A stretch of DNA of 64,000 bases from Thermoplasmatota archaeon (GCA_040751795.1 JBFMHR010000002.1:224001-288000); one strand, 5' to 3'; positions 36,092-49,295 are shown, counted from the stretch's first letter. The notes: a model not told the origin generated them from the letters alone. A program made the numbers and translations.

Positions 36092-37350
36092 CTCCTCACC
36101 TCCAGGCGGCACCCCAGCTGGTGCATGTCCCTCAGGAACCCGGGGTAGGAGACCTTGTACGACTCGTCGTCCCGTATCCTGGTCCCCGAGGTCGATATCA
36201 GTCCAGCAAGTGCTGCCGCCATAAGAATCCTATGGTCTCCGTGCGTGTCCACGTCGGCCCCGTGCAGCTTCGCGCCGCCGGATATGACGCACCCGTCGTC
36301 GGTGGCCTTCACCCCCGCGCCCATCGCCCTCAGGAACGCGGTCGTGGTGGCGATCCTGTCGCTCTCCTTGTAGCGCAGGTTGGCGCCCCCCTTCAGCACG
36401 GTGGTGCCCTCCGACGCGGCCCCCAGGACCGCGAGGACCGGGAACAGGTCGGGCGTGTCCCTGACGTCTATCTCCAGCCCCTCCAGCCTCCCCCCGGTGA
36501 CCCTGACGGAGTCCGGCCTCGCGTCGACCTCGGCCCCGAAGTCCCTCAGGTGCTGGACGATGGCCCTGTCCCCCTGGGGCGAGGCGCCGTCCAGGTTCCT
36601 GACGGTGACGTCGCCGGACGTGATCGCGCCGGCCGCGAGCACGAAGGCCGCGGAGGAGTAGTCGCCCGGGACGGTGTACTCGTCGCGCTCCAGCTGCTGG
36701 CCCCCCTTGACCGAGAACCCGTCCCCGGTCTCCTCCGCCCTCCCCTTGAAGGCGCGCAGGATCTCGAGGGTGATGTCGACGTACGGCCTGGACACCAGCT
36801 CCCCGCCGACGCGTATGAGGGTGTCGTCGGGCTTCTGGGTGCAGGCTATGATGAGGGACGAGACGAACTGGGAGCTGACCCCGCCGGCGATCTCCGTCGC
36901 GGGCCCCCTGATCGGGCCCTTGACGCTGAGAGGCGCCCGGCCCGGCTGGCCCAGGTAGGACACTCGCGCGCCGAGCAGTCCGAGGGCGTCCGCCAGGGGC
37001 GCCATGGGCCTCTTGACGAGGCTCTCGTCGCCCGTGAGAGTGGTCGTGGTCGGCAGGAGCGAGGCGACCCCGGACACGAGCCTGATGGTCGTCCCGGAGT
37101 TCCTCGCGTCTATGACGGCCCCCGCCGGCCCGAGGTCGTCGCAGTGGATCCTCACCGACGACGGGCTCTTGGAGACGGACGCCCCCAGGGTGTGGAGCGC
37201 GTCCAGGGTGGCCCTGGTGTCCTCGGACAGCAGGGGCCTCCTCAGCACGAAGGGGCCGCGGGTGAGCGCCCCCAGGACCATCGCCCTGTGGGTGTAGGAC
37301 TTCGACGGGGACGCGACGACCGTTCCCCTCGCGACGGAGGACTTGATCAC
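36088..37350 (-). CDS. aroA: EPSP synthase
   Basis: PSKSYTHRA, NSGTTIR, SSQFVS, PGDYSSA, KESDRI, DHRI. Confidence 0.96.
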   Translation of the reverse strand: MIKSSVARGTVVASPSKSYTHRAMVLGALTRGPFVLRRPLLSEDTRATLDALHTLGASVSKSPSSVRIHCDDLGPAGAVIDARNSGTTIRLVSGVASLLPTTTTLTGDESLVKRPMAPLADALGLLGARVSYLGQPGRAPLSVKGPIRGPATEIAGGVSSQFVSSLIIACTQKPDDTLIRVGGELVSRPYVDITLEILRAFKGRAEETGDGFSVKGGQQLERDEYTVPGDYSSAAFVLAAGAITSGDVTVRNLDGASPQGDRAIVQHLRDFGAEVDARPDSVRVTGGRLEGLEIDVRDTPDLFPVLAVLGAASEGTTVLKGGANLRYKESDRIATTTAFLRAMGAGVKATDDGCVISGGAKLHGADVDTHGDHRILMAAALAGLISTSGTRIRDDESYKVSYPGFLRDMHQLGCRLEVRR

Positions 37351-38216
37351 AACAGCCGTGGGACCACCTCCGGGGCGGGCGTGTCGTTGATCGACGCCCT
37401 GAGGATGATCCCGTCCGCCCTGCCCTCGAGCGCGGCCCCGAGCCTCGCCTCGTCCTCCCTCCTGGCGAGGATGACCGTGGCGGGCCCTGTCCCCGAGATT
37501 CCGGCGGCGACGGCTCCCTTGTCCCTGGCCATCTGGGCGACCTCCTCGCTGAGCCCGAGGACCTCGGCGCAGGCGCGGGAGTTGACCTCGATCGCCCTGG
37601 CGTAGCTCCCCGACAGCGCCAGCTCCAGGGCCTCCTCCGAGCCCGGCACGGCGGGAGAGAAGTCCAGCCCCTTGACGAACGCCTTCTCGACCCTCCTGTC
37701 CGGCACGTGGATCAGCACCGAGAGGGACGGGTCGATGCGGCCCCTGGCCAGCACGCGCCTGTGGCGGTTGTCCGTCACGACGGCTCCTCCGAGGTAGCAC
37801 GCGGCCGCGTCGTCGAATGCCCCGGTCACCGTGACCCCGGCCCCTATCGACGCGTCGACGCCGGCGCCGATGATCCGCATGTCGTCGAGTCTGGATTTCA
37901 CGGCACGCGTCGCGGCCAGCACGACCGCGTTAGACGCTGCGCTGCTGCTCTTGAGGCCCCGCGAGACAGGGATGTCCGACTCGACCCTCACCTCGGCGCC
38001 GCGCCCTCCCAGCCCGGCCTCGCGAAGGACCGGCGCGACGCAGCGCCTGACGAGGTCTGCGCCCTCGGGCGGGCCGGCGAACTTGAAGGCCTCGCCCTCG
38101 GCCAGGAGCCTCACCTCTGCGTCCGTCTCGAGCGTGATGCCGAAGGCCGCGCCCCTCCCGGTGGGGATGGCGTTGACTATGGTCGCCGCGCCCCTGCAGG
38201 CCGCCCTGCCGATCAT
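37347..38216 (-). CDS. aroK: Archaeal shikimate kinase (GHMP family)
   Basis: GAATIVNAI, GLKSSSA, VTGAFDDA, SGTGP. Confidence 0.93.
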   Translation of the reverse strand: MIGRAACRGAATIVNAIPTGRGAAFGITLETDAEVRLLAEGEAFKFAGPPEGADLVRRCVAPVLREAGLGGRGAEVRVESDIPVSRGLKSSSAASNAVVLAATRAVKSRLDDMRIIGAGVDASIGAGVTVTGAFDDAAACYLGGAVVTDNRHRRVLARGRIDPSLSVLIHVPDRRVEKAFVKGLDFSPAVPGSEEALELALSGSYARAIEVNSRACAEVLGLSEEVAQMARDKGAVAAGISGTGPATVILARREDEARLGAALEGRADGIILRASINDTPAPEVVPRLL

Positions 38217-39700
38217 CCGAGCGCCCCCCTGGCCGCTTTCCTCATCGCTCCGACGTCCGGGCTCGCGCGCGTCCACCATGTGAACGACGCGGCCCCCTGC
38301 TGCACGAGCATCTCGAGGCCGTTCTCCGCCCTGGCCTTCCGCGACGCGGCGGCCTTCATGGCCTTCGTGACCGGCGGGTTGTAGACCATGTCGAGGTAGA
38401 GCACCCCCTTCCTGAACAGCCTCGTGGGGATGGGGGCGACGCCCCCGACGCCCTTCGTCCCCACGGGGGTGCAGTTGACTATGAGGTCGAAGCGGCTGTC
38501 GGACCTGCGGAGCGAGTCGAGGGTGACGGCGTCGAGGATGAACTCCCCCGCGAGCCTCTCGCCCTTCGCCCGGTCCCTGGCAGCGACGGTCACGTGCGCC
38601 CCCGCGCGCCTGAGGCCGATCGCCGCCGCCCGGGCCGCCCCTCCGGCCCCGACGAGGAGGGCGGAGGTGTCCTTGGTGACCTTCATTTTCTGTTCAACCG
38701 CCTTGGTGAACCCTATTACATCTGTGTTTTTCCCGTTCATCTTCCACGCCCTGAAGACGACGGTGTTGACGGCCCCCGTGGACTGCGCCTCCGGGTCGAG
38801 CTCGTCGCACAGGGCCCTCACCCTCTCCTTGTGCGGGACGGTGACGTTGAGCCCGGAGAACCCGAGCCTGCCGAGGGTCTCGAGCGCATCCCTCGTGAGC
38901 GCCTCGGGGGGCACGTCGAGGTTGAGGTAGACGCCCGTCAGCCCTGCGGCCCGCAGGGCGGCCTCCTGCATCGGCTTCGAGACGGAGTGCGCGACGGGGT
39001 GGCCCACGATGCCGAGGACGAACCTGTCCTCCCTCCCCAGCGCGGCCTGAGACGCGAGGTCCAGCTGGCCGGGCGCCGCCGCCCTGTCGCCCGCGCTGCA
39101 GTACACCATGGACGACCCCATCTGCCTCGCGCAGACCCTCGTGAGCTGCCCCTGGTCCCCCATGCCTATGAGCGTGAACTTGTCCCCCGCCGAGGAGCGC
39201 CTCAGCCCGAGGGACGCGAGCATGATGGCGTGGCCCGCGTGGCCGCAGGGCATCGCGACCTTCCCGAAGTCGCCCGCCGCGCAGGCCTTCGCGAGGGCCC
39301 TCTCGACCTCCTTCTCCGGCTGCGGCCTGGCGAAGTGGTGCGATGCGACGACCAGGGGGCCGCGCGCCCTGCGGGCCGCGAGGCCCATGGCCCTCCTGTC
39401 CAGATCCGTCTCGAGGTCGACGTACTCGAACCCCGCCCCGAGCACGGCCTTGAGCGCCTTCTCCCTCGCGGGCCCCCTCAGCCGCGACCTCCCTCCCTCG
39501 CGGGAGGACCTCAGGGTGGCTATGGCGGGGCCGGCGACGGCCTCCCTCACCTTCGACAACGACCCCTCGTCGATCCTCGGGAGGGCGAGGTGGTCCAGCC
39601 TGACCTCCACGAGGTCGGCGCCCTGCCTGAACGCCCTCAGTGACGAGCCGGAGACTCCAGACACGCTCCTCTCGACGAGAGAAGCCACGATGTACGTCAT
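38213..39700 (-). CDS. aroDE: Type I 3-dehydroquinate dehydratase-shikimate dehydrogenase fusion
   Basis: ADLVEVRLD, SHHF, GKVAM, APGQ; GHPVAHSVS, NVTVPHK, NTD, GAGGAA, GLEMLVQQG. Confidence 0.92.
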   Translation of the reverse strand: MTYIVASLVERSVSGVSGSSLRAFRQGADLVEVRLDHLALPRIDEGSLSKVREAVAGPAIATLRSSREGGRSRLRGPAREKALKAVLGAGFEYVDLETDLDRRAMGLAARRARGPLVVASHHFARPQPEKEVERALAKACAAGDFGKVAMPCGHAGHAIMLASLGLRRSSAGDKFTLIGMGDQGQLTRVCARQMGSSMVYCSAGDRAAAPGQLDLASQAALGREDRFVLGIVGHPVAHSVSKPMQEAALRAAGLTGVYLNLDVPPEALTRDALETLGRLGFSGLNVTVPHKERVRALCDELDPEAQSTGAVNTVVFRAWKMNGKNTDVIGFTKAVEQKMKVTKDTSALLVGAGGAARAAAIGLRRAGAHVTVAARDRAKGERLAGEFILDAVTLDSLRRSDSRFDLIVNCTPVGTKGVGGVAPIPTRLFRKGVLYLDMVYNPPVTKAMKAAASRKARAENGLEMLVQQGAASFTWWTRASPDVGAMRKAARGALG

Positions 39701-39703
39701 GCC

Positions 39704-40744
39704 TCACTTCTCCCGGATGGTCTCCTCCACCCGCATCCCGAAGTGCCTGCCGCCCTTCTCCGTCTTGAGGGTGATGGGGTCGCCGAGCCTGAGCCTCGAC
39801 ACGGAGACGACCTTCCCCTTGGAGTAGACCCTTATGGTCTCCGCGTTCTGCACTATGGTGGAGAAGCGCTCCCCGTCGACGTCGGCCTCTATGAGCAGCA
39901 GGGGCCTCCTCTCGACCTTGGTCCTGCCGACCACGACCTTCCTTGTGTGGCCGTCCGCGCCGACGACCAGCGCCTCGTCGCCACCCTGCAGCTCGGAGAG
40001 GTACCTGGTGGTGCCGTCGGGCATCAGCACGTAGGCGTGCACGGGCCCGGCGTTGACCCTGAAGGGCCGCGAGGCCGCGTACTCCGACTCCAGCGACTCG
40101 GAGTGGATCAGGAACATGCAGGACGACTGGTTGCCTATGAGCATCCCCTCGCCCACGTTGAGCATCGAGCATGTGTCTATGCAGACCCTGTCTCCGAGGC
40201 CGAGCTGCCTCAGGACGGTGATCTTGCCCTCCTGCATCCGGAGCCTCGGGGCGCCCTCCTCGAGCATCCTCCTGAGCTTGCCCAGCTCCTCCAGTTTGGA
40301 GGGCACGAAGAGGACGCCGTCCGCGCCTTTCTCCATGGTCTCGAAGAAGAGCCTCGCCTCCTCGGCGGTCCTCGCGAGCATCAGGAGCTTCGCCCCCGTG
40401 CCCTGGAAGTGGACTATGAGGTTCTCGAGGGGGATGACCTTCCAGTCCTTCGCCGACACGATGACGTTCTGGAAGCGCTCGGCGGCCCTCCTGGCGGCGA
40501 CCTCGTCCGACTTCTTCGCTATCTCGACGAGCCTGCCGACCCTCTCCCCGTCCTCGACGAAGTCCGCCCCGTCGAGTAGGATGGACCTGAACCTGCCCAG
40601 CTTGGCCAGCTCATGGTCCTTCTTGTCGAGCACCACCGTGTCGAAGCCGTTCTCGAGGGCGGCGAGGACGACCTTCTTCCTGGATTCGCCGCCAGGCTGG
40701 TGGATGGCCCCGACCCACACCTTGCGGTCGATCAGGGCATTCAC
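39704..40744 (-). CDS. 3-dehydroquinate synthase II (archaeal AroB')
   Basis: DWKVIPLEN, GDRVCIDTCS, RPFRVNAG, TRYLSEL, QNAETIR. Confidence 0.95.
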   Translation of the reverse strand: MNALIDRKVWVGAIHQPGGESRKKVVLAALENGFDTVVLDKKDHELAKLGRFRSILLDGADFVEDGERVGRLVEIAKKSDEVAARRAAERFQNVIVSAKDWKVIPLENLIVHFQGTGAKLLMLARTAEEARLFFETMEKGADGVLFVPSKLEELGKLRRMLEEGAPRLRMQEGKITVLRQLGLGDRVCIDTCSMLNVGEGMLIGNQSSCMFLIHSESLESEYAASRPFRVNAGPVHAYVLMPDGTTRYLSELQGGDEALVVGADGHTRKVVVGRTKVERRPLLLIEADVDGERFSTIVQNAETIRVYSKGKVVSVSRLRLGDPITLKTEKGGRHFGMRVEETIREK

Positions 40745-41529
40745 CGCCTATACGCCTCTCCCGGGGGCACGTCCTCGAGGACCACCCTGCGGATGGCCCT
40801 GGTGATGCCCGCGATGTCGTCGTGCTGGAAGACGTTCCTCCCTATGGAGACGCCCTTCGCGCCGGCCCTCATGGCCTCGCTCACCATGGCGAGCAGCTCC
40901 GGGTCCGAGCCCATCTTCGGCCCGCCGGCTATGACCACGGGTATGGGCGTGCCCCTGACGACCTCCTTGAAGGTGTCGATGGAGCCAGTGTAGCTGGTCT
41001 TGACGATGTCCGCGCCGAGCTCGGCCGAGAGCCTCGCGCAGTGCTTTATCGCCTCGGGGTCGAAGGAGCTCTTGACGTTCTTGCCCCTCGGGTAGCACAT
41101 GGCCAGGAGGGGCATGCCGAGCTCCCTGCACCTGTCGGCGACGGAGCCGAAGTCCGCGACCATCCGGTCCTCGTGCTCGTTGCCGAGGTTGCAGTGGATG
41201 GAGACCGCGTCCGCGCCTATGGCCGCCGCCTCGTCCGCCCTGGCGACCAGGACCTTGAGGTTGGGGTCGGCGCACAAGGACGTGCTCGCCGAAATGTGCA
41301 CGATGAGGCCGAGCCTCGAGCCCACGGCCGGCCCCGCGAAGGGGACGAGGCCCTTGTGAATGACGATGGCCGAGGCGCCGCCCTCGGCGAGCTTGTCCAC
41401 AGTGCTCCTGATGTCCTCGATGCCCTTGACCGGACCCAGGGATATCCCGTGGTCCATGGGCACGATGACGGTCCTCCCAGTCGCCTGGTCGAGGATCCGC
41501 CTCATCCGTATCGTCTTCCCTGTCATCAC
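40741..41529 (-). CDS. 2-amino-3,7-dideoxy-D-threo-hept-6-ulosonate synthase (AroA', DhnA aldolase family)
   Basis: IVPMDHG, HISAST, YPRG, ELGADIVKT, AGGPK, GRNVFQ; adjacent to AroB'. Confidence 0.92.
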   Translation of the reverse strand: MMTGKTIRMRRILDQATGRTVIVPMDHGISLGPVKGIEDIRSTVDKLAEGGASAIVIHKGLVPFAGPAVGSRLGLIVHISASTSLCADPNLKVLVARADEAAAIGADAVSIHCNLGNEHEDRMVADFGSVADRCRELGMPLLAMCYPRGKNVKSSFDPEAIKHCARLSAELGADIVKTSYTGSIDTFKEVVRGTPIPVVIAGGPKMGSDPELLAMVSEAMRAGAKGVSIGRNVFQHDDIAGITRAIRRVVLEDVPPGEAYRR

Positions 41530-41623
41530 ATCACACTCGGATTACCGTGCTATTCCGTGTCAATGCCTTTGCGATGGTGCTGGACGTATAAGTCCCTTGC
41601 TACGCTTTGGCAGTGCGAAGGCG

Positions 41624-41648
41624 TACATTAAGTGACAATATTAATGTA
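41624..41648. promoter_or_regulatory. Inverted repeat TACATTAA-N9-TTAATGTA, putative operator
   Basis: Perfect 8-bp arms in the AT-rich divergent promoter between the aro operon and the ACT regulator. Confidence 0.6.
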
Positions 41649-41677
41649 TTACTGTACACATGTAGTCATCGATTCCC

Positions 41678-42178
41678 ATGTGGGACAAGATAGCCAACTA
41701 CTTCGAGAAGTACCCGTCCCAGGCCAAGGTCGCGAGGTACCTCCTCAGGTACGGGCTGAGGATAGAGAAGGACCATGTCTTCTGCGGCGACGTCAGGATC
41801 GCGGACTCCTCGCTGGCGAGGGCCGCGGGCGTCGACAGGAGGGTCGTCAAGTCGACCCTGGACACCATAAGGAACGACCCGACGCTGCTGAAGTTCTTCT
41901 CGCAGCTGCAGCCGACCAACCACCTGAAGAACGCCGCGTCGGCCATGGGCTGGAGCGCGATCGAGATAGTCCCGACGGACGCCCACGAGCCCGGGATAAT
42001 CGCCTCGGTGGCCGAGATCCTGTCCAGGTCGCAGATAAGCATCAGGCAGGCCATCGTGGACGACCCGATGACCTCGGAGGAGCCGAAGCTGTTCATCGTG
42101 ACCGAGAGCCAGGTCCCGGCGGACCTGATACCCCTGATTCGGCAGTCCAAGGGAGTCAAGGGCGTCACGATCTACTGA
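41678..42178 (+). CDS. ACT-domain regulator of amino-acid metabolism (COG2150-like)
   Basis: FEKYPSQ.KVA..LL.YG, HTH LARAAGVDRRVV, C-terminal ACT PGIIASV..ISIRQ. Confidence 0.85.
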   Translation: MWDKIANYFEKYPSQAKVARYLLRYGLRIEKDHVFCGDVRIADSSLARAAGVDRRVVKSTLDTIRNDPTLLKFFSQLQPTNHLKNAASAMGWSAIEIVPTDAHEPGIIASVAEILSRSQISIRQAIVDDPMTSEEPKLFIVTESQVPADLIPLIRQSKGVKGVTIY

Positions 42179-42203
42179 TCAGGGGCTGGGCCGCGGGGGT
42201 CGG

Positions 42204-43133
42204 ATGCGTCAGCTGGGGGAGCACACCAAGGCGTACCTCGCCATCGGCGTGGCCATGGTGTCCATCTCCTTCGCCTCGATATTCATCAAGTGGAGCGAGA
42301 GCGCCCCCTTCGTAATAGCCTCGTACCGCCTGGGCATCACCTGCCTCATACTGCTCCCGTTCCTCCTGTACTACGGAGGCGTCAGGGCCATGAGGTCCTT
42401 CAGGAGGGACGAGTGGGCCCTCATACTCCTGAGCGGAGTCGCCCTCTCCTTCCACTTCGGCCTGTGGATAACCTCCCTCGGGCTCACGCTCGTCTCGACC
42501 TCCGTCATACTCGTCACCTCGCACCCCATATTCGTCGCGGGGGTGTCGCACTTCCTCATGAGGGAGCACGTCCGCAGGGTCGCGGCCGTGGGCATCGTCG
42601 TGGCCTTCGCGGGAGTCTGCGTCATCTCCCTGAACGACTACCGCATCGGCGGCGACTCCCTGATGGGGGACCTGCTGGCCTTCCTGGGCGGCCTCTGCGC
42701 GGGGATATACTTCCTCTCCGGCAGGGTCGCGAGGAGGAGCGTCCCGCTGACGCCCTACGTGTTCTCGGTGTACGGGATATCCGCCCTCATCCTCCTCGCC
42801 TCGGCCGTCGCCGTGGGCGACGAGTTCGTCGTCACGGACGGGACCGAGCTCACCCTCTTCCTCCTCATGGCCATCGTGCCGACCATCTTCGGCCACACGA
42901 TGTTCAACTACGCGCTGAAGAAGGTCCCGGCGCACATAGTCTCCACCAGCGTCCTGGGGGAGCCCGTGGGGGCGTCCCTGCTCGCGTACCTGCTCCTGCC
43001 GGGCGAGGTGCCCAGCGTGTGGATCGTCGTGGGGGGCGCCCTGGTCGTGGGCGGCCTCTACGTGGTGCTGACGAAGGGGATGCCCCGGGGCGGCGCGGAG
43101 GACGGGGAGGCCGAGGGGACGGGCCCCCGCTGA
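42204..43133 (+). CDS. DMT/EamA family transporter
   Basis: About 10 TM; HFGLWITSL, GDLLAF, PTIFGHTMFN, GEPVGAS. Confidence 0.9.
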   Translation: MRQLGEHTKAYLAIGVAMVSISFASIFIKWSESAPFVIASYRLGITCLILLPFLLYYGGVRAMRSFRRDEWALILLSGVALSFHFGLWITSLGLTLVSTSVILVTSHPIFVAGVSHFLMREHVRRVAAVGIVVAFAGVCVISLNDYRIGGDSLMGDLLAFLGGLCAGIYFLSGRVARRSVPLTPYVFSVYGISALILLASAVAVGDEFVVTDGTELTLFLLMAIVPTIFGHTMFNYALKKVPAHIVSTSVLGEPVGASLLAYLLLPGEVPSVWIVVGGALVVGGLYVVLTKGMPRGGAEDGEAEGTGPR

Positions 43134-43215
43134 GCCTTTTTACGAATGTCCCTCCGGATGCCCACCGTACCTTTCATCCACAAAAGATAATAACCTCGGC
43201 GCCAACACCTTAACC

Positions 43216-43824
43216 ATGAGCCACAACCTGGACGACGTCGACCGCAAGATACTGAGGGAGCTGCAGACGGACGGGAGGGCCTCGTTCAGGGACCTGGCCT
43301 CCCGGATAGGGGTCAGCACACCGACCGTGAGCGCGAGGGTGCAGGCGATGACCGACGCCGGCCTGATCAAGGGCTACGCCGCCCAGCTGGACGCGGACCT
43401 GCTCGGGCAGGTCTCGGTCGCTATCACCCTCGAGGCGAAGCCCTCGGACGTCGAGAGGATCTACGCGAGGCTGGTCGAGGAGGACATGGTGCGGCAGGTC
43501 TACGTCCTGTCCGACTCCAGGATACTCCTCATGGTCTCCTACTACAACCACGTGAAGTACAGGCAGTTCGTCGAGTCGCTCTCCAGGATACCGGAGATAA
43601 GGACCGTCACCACGGCGATGGTGATGAAGGCCCCGAAGGAGACGTCCAGGGCCGCCCTGACCGACGAGGCGGGCCTCATGATCAAGTGCTACTACTGCGG
43701 CCACCTCATCCACGACGAGGGGGTCAAGCTGAAGATAGACGGCAAGTACCACTACATGTGCTGCGACGTCTGCGCGAAGCTCTACAGGGAGAAGTACGAC
43801 AAGCTGAAGAAGTCGGCCCAGTGA
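43216..43824 (+). CDS. Lrp/AsnC regulator with C-terminal TRASH domain (CopR-like)
   Basis: LDDVDRKILRELQTDGRAS HTH; CYYCG...YHYMCCDVC. Confidence 0.87.
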   Translation: MSHNLDDVDRKILRELQTDGRASFRDLASRIGVSTPTVSARVQAMTDAGLIKGYAAQLDADLLGQVSVAITLEAKPSDVERIYARLVEEDMVRQVYVLSDSRILLMVSYYNHVKYRQFVESLSRIPEIRTVTTAMVMKAPKETSRAALTDEAGLMIKCYYCGHLIHDEGVKLKIDGKYHYMCCDVCAKLYREKYDKLKKSAQ

Positions 43825-43825
43825 C

Positions 43826-43969
43826 TCACTGGGAGTACTCCTCCGGGCTCTTGTCGAAGGCGGCCTTGCAGCCCGGGGCGCAGAAGTAGTACTCCTTGCC
43901 CTTGTAGACCGACTTCCACTTCGCGGTCCTCGGATCGACCTGCATCCTGCATATCGGGTCTATGGCCAT
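43826..43969 (-). CDS. 47-aa YHS/TRASH metallochaperone (absent from the ORF track)
   Basis: MAIDPICRMQVDPRTAKWKSVYKGKEYYFCAPGCKAAFDKSPEEYSQ; SD GAGGTGA upstream. Confidence 0.9.
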   Translation of the reverse strand: MAIDPICRMQVDPRTAKWKSVYKGKEYYFCAPGCKAAFDKSPEEYSQ

Positions 43970-44200
43970 TCTCTCACCTCGAGAAGGTTGGGGAACGGAG
44001 CCAGGTTCTCAGTTGCGGGGCATAGAGTGGGGTCCAGCTCCGCTCCTTGGGGACACCAACGACGCCGCGCGGGATATCAATAGTCCCTTACAGGTTCTGG
44101 TCTCTCCCGCGCCGTGCGGGGCCGACAACTCACGGGCGCATACAACAACGCTTATATTCGGGTACCAGGTATGACCGAGTCCGGCAGCTGGTGGCACAGG

Positions 44201-44986
44201 ATGGCAATATTCGAGAAGTCTTCCGAGAAGGCCGTGACGCGCGCCATAATCGCGGGGTTCACGAGGGACATGGAGAGGTTCGCCGACTCCGAGGTCATCG
44301 TGGTCGGCGGCGGCCCGAGCGGCCTCGTGGCGGCCAGGGACCTCTCCCTCAAGGGGGTCAAGGTCCTGGTGATCGAGAGGAACAACTACCTGGGCGGCGG
44401 CTTCTGGGTCGGCGGGTACCTGATGAACACCATAACGATCAGGGCCCCCGCGCACAAGATCCTCGACGAGCTGGACATCCAGCACGAGGAGTTCGAGAAG
44501 GGCCTCCACGTCACGCCCGGCCCCCTCGCCTGCTCCAAGCTCATAGCGGCCGCCTGCGAGTCTGGCGCCGGCGTCCTTAACATGACGGCCTTCGACGACG
44601 TGGTGCTCCGGGAGAAGAACCGCGTCGGCGGGGTCGTGGTCAACTGGACTCCCGTCGCGCTGCTCCCCAAGCCGATCAGCTGCGTCGACCCGATTGCCTT
44701 CGAGTCGAAGCTGGTCATAGACGCCACCGGTCACGACGCCCTCGTGGTCTCCAAGCTCGAGGAGCGCGGGCTCATCAAGACGCCGGGCTTCGGCGCCATG
44801 TGGATCGAGAAGAGCGAGGACGCCGTGGTCCAGAAGAGCGGGCTCGCGTACCCCGGCCTCATCGTGGTCGGCATGGCCGTGTCCACGACCTTCGGCCTCC
44901 CGAGGATGGGCCCGACCTTCGGGTCGATGCTCCTCTCCGGCAGGAAGGGCGCAGAGGTCGCGTACAAGCTCCTCAAGAAGAGCTGA
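44201..44986 (+). CDS. thi4: Thiazole synthase Thi4 (Cys-type)
   Basis: [42 protein letters not shown]. Confidence 0.93.
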   Translation: MAIFEKSSEKAVTRAIIAGFTRDMERFADSEVIVVGGGPSGLVAARDLSLKGVKVLVIERNNYLGGGFWVGGYLMNTITIRAPAHKILDELDIQHEEFEKGLHVTPGPLACSKLIAAACESGAGVLNMTAFDDVVLREKNRVGGVVVNWTPVALLPKPISCVDPIAFESKLVIDATGHDALVVSKLEERGLIKTPGFGAMWIEKSEDAVVQKSGLAYPGLIVVGMAVSTTFGLPRMGPTFGSMLLSGRKGAEVAYKLLKKS

Positions 44987-45009
44987 GGTCCGTCCGGACC
45001 CTGGCCGGG

Positions 45010-48224
<3,215 letters not shown>

Positions 48225-48225
<1 letters not shown>

Positions 48226-49295
48226 CAGTCCCCCTCCAGCATGTCCTTGAAGCGGTCGAAGAGGAAGCGGGAGTCGAGGGGCCCCGCGTGCGCCTCCGGG
48301 TGGAACTGCACGGAGAAGATGGGGAGCTCGCGGTGCCTTATGCCCTCCACCGTCCCGTCGTTGAGGTTGGTGAAGGTCACGTCCAGGCCTGCGTCCTCGG
48401 CCGATGCCCTGTCCACTGCGAACCCGTGGTTCTGGGAGGTTATCAGGACCCTCCCCTCGAAGCCGACGGGCTGGTTGATCCCCCTGTGGCCGAACTTGAG
48501 CTTGAATGTCTTGGCGCCCAGCATCAGGGCGAGGAGCTGGTTCCCCAGGCAGATGCCCATCATGGGGAACTCATCCTTGAGCCTCCCCAGGGTGGACACC
48601 GTACTGTCCATCATCTCCGGGTGGGCCGGGTTCCCCGGGCCGTTCGTGATGAATATGCCGTCAGGGGAGAGCTCCCTCACCGCGTCCGCGCCGATGTCGA
48701 AGGGCGCCTGGACGACGTCGAACCTCTCCCTGAGCTCCCGCATGATGTCCTCCTTGACGCCGCAGTCGAGGACGACCACCCTCTTGGCCCCCGGGCGCGG
48801 GAACCTGAGGACCTCGTCCGTGCTCACGGCCGCCACGAGGTTGGAGAGCTCCGGGTGCCTCGCCTTCCGGACCCGCTCGAGCATGCCCTCGGGGTCGCCA
48901 GCGGTGATGCCGCCCATCATGGTCCCCGAGTTCCTGAGCTTCCTGATCAGCTCCCTGGTGTCGATCCCCTGGATCCCGGGCACCTGGTCGGAGGCGAGGA
49001 AGGAGCCGAGGGTCCCCGCCGAGTCCCTGTGGCTCGGGTGGTCGCACGCCTCCCTCACCGCGTAGCCCCAGACCTGGACCTTCCCCGACTGGGAGTCGCC
49101 CCTGTTCACCCCGTAGTTGCCCACGAGCGGGTACGCGGACACGAGGATCTGGCCGCAGTACGATGGGTCCGTCAGCGACTCCTGGTACCCCGTCATCCCG
49201 GTCGAGAAGACGACCTCGCCGATGACATCCTTGGAGAAGCCGAAGGGCATACCTTCGAAAACAGTCCCGTCCTCAAGGACCAGGTATCCCTTCAT
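48225..49295 (-). CDS. carA: Carbamoyl-phosphate synthase small subunit
   Basis: GMTGYQESLTDPSY, NGPGNP, GICLG, QFHPEA. Confidence 0.97.

Noticed and set aside
43990-44200. TPP or cobalamin riboswitch near thi4 (CUGAGA, GAACCUG, UGCCCCGCAACUG fragments)
   Set aside because: Fragments lie on the strand opposite thi4 and lack the order, spacing and helices of either aptamer
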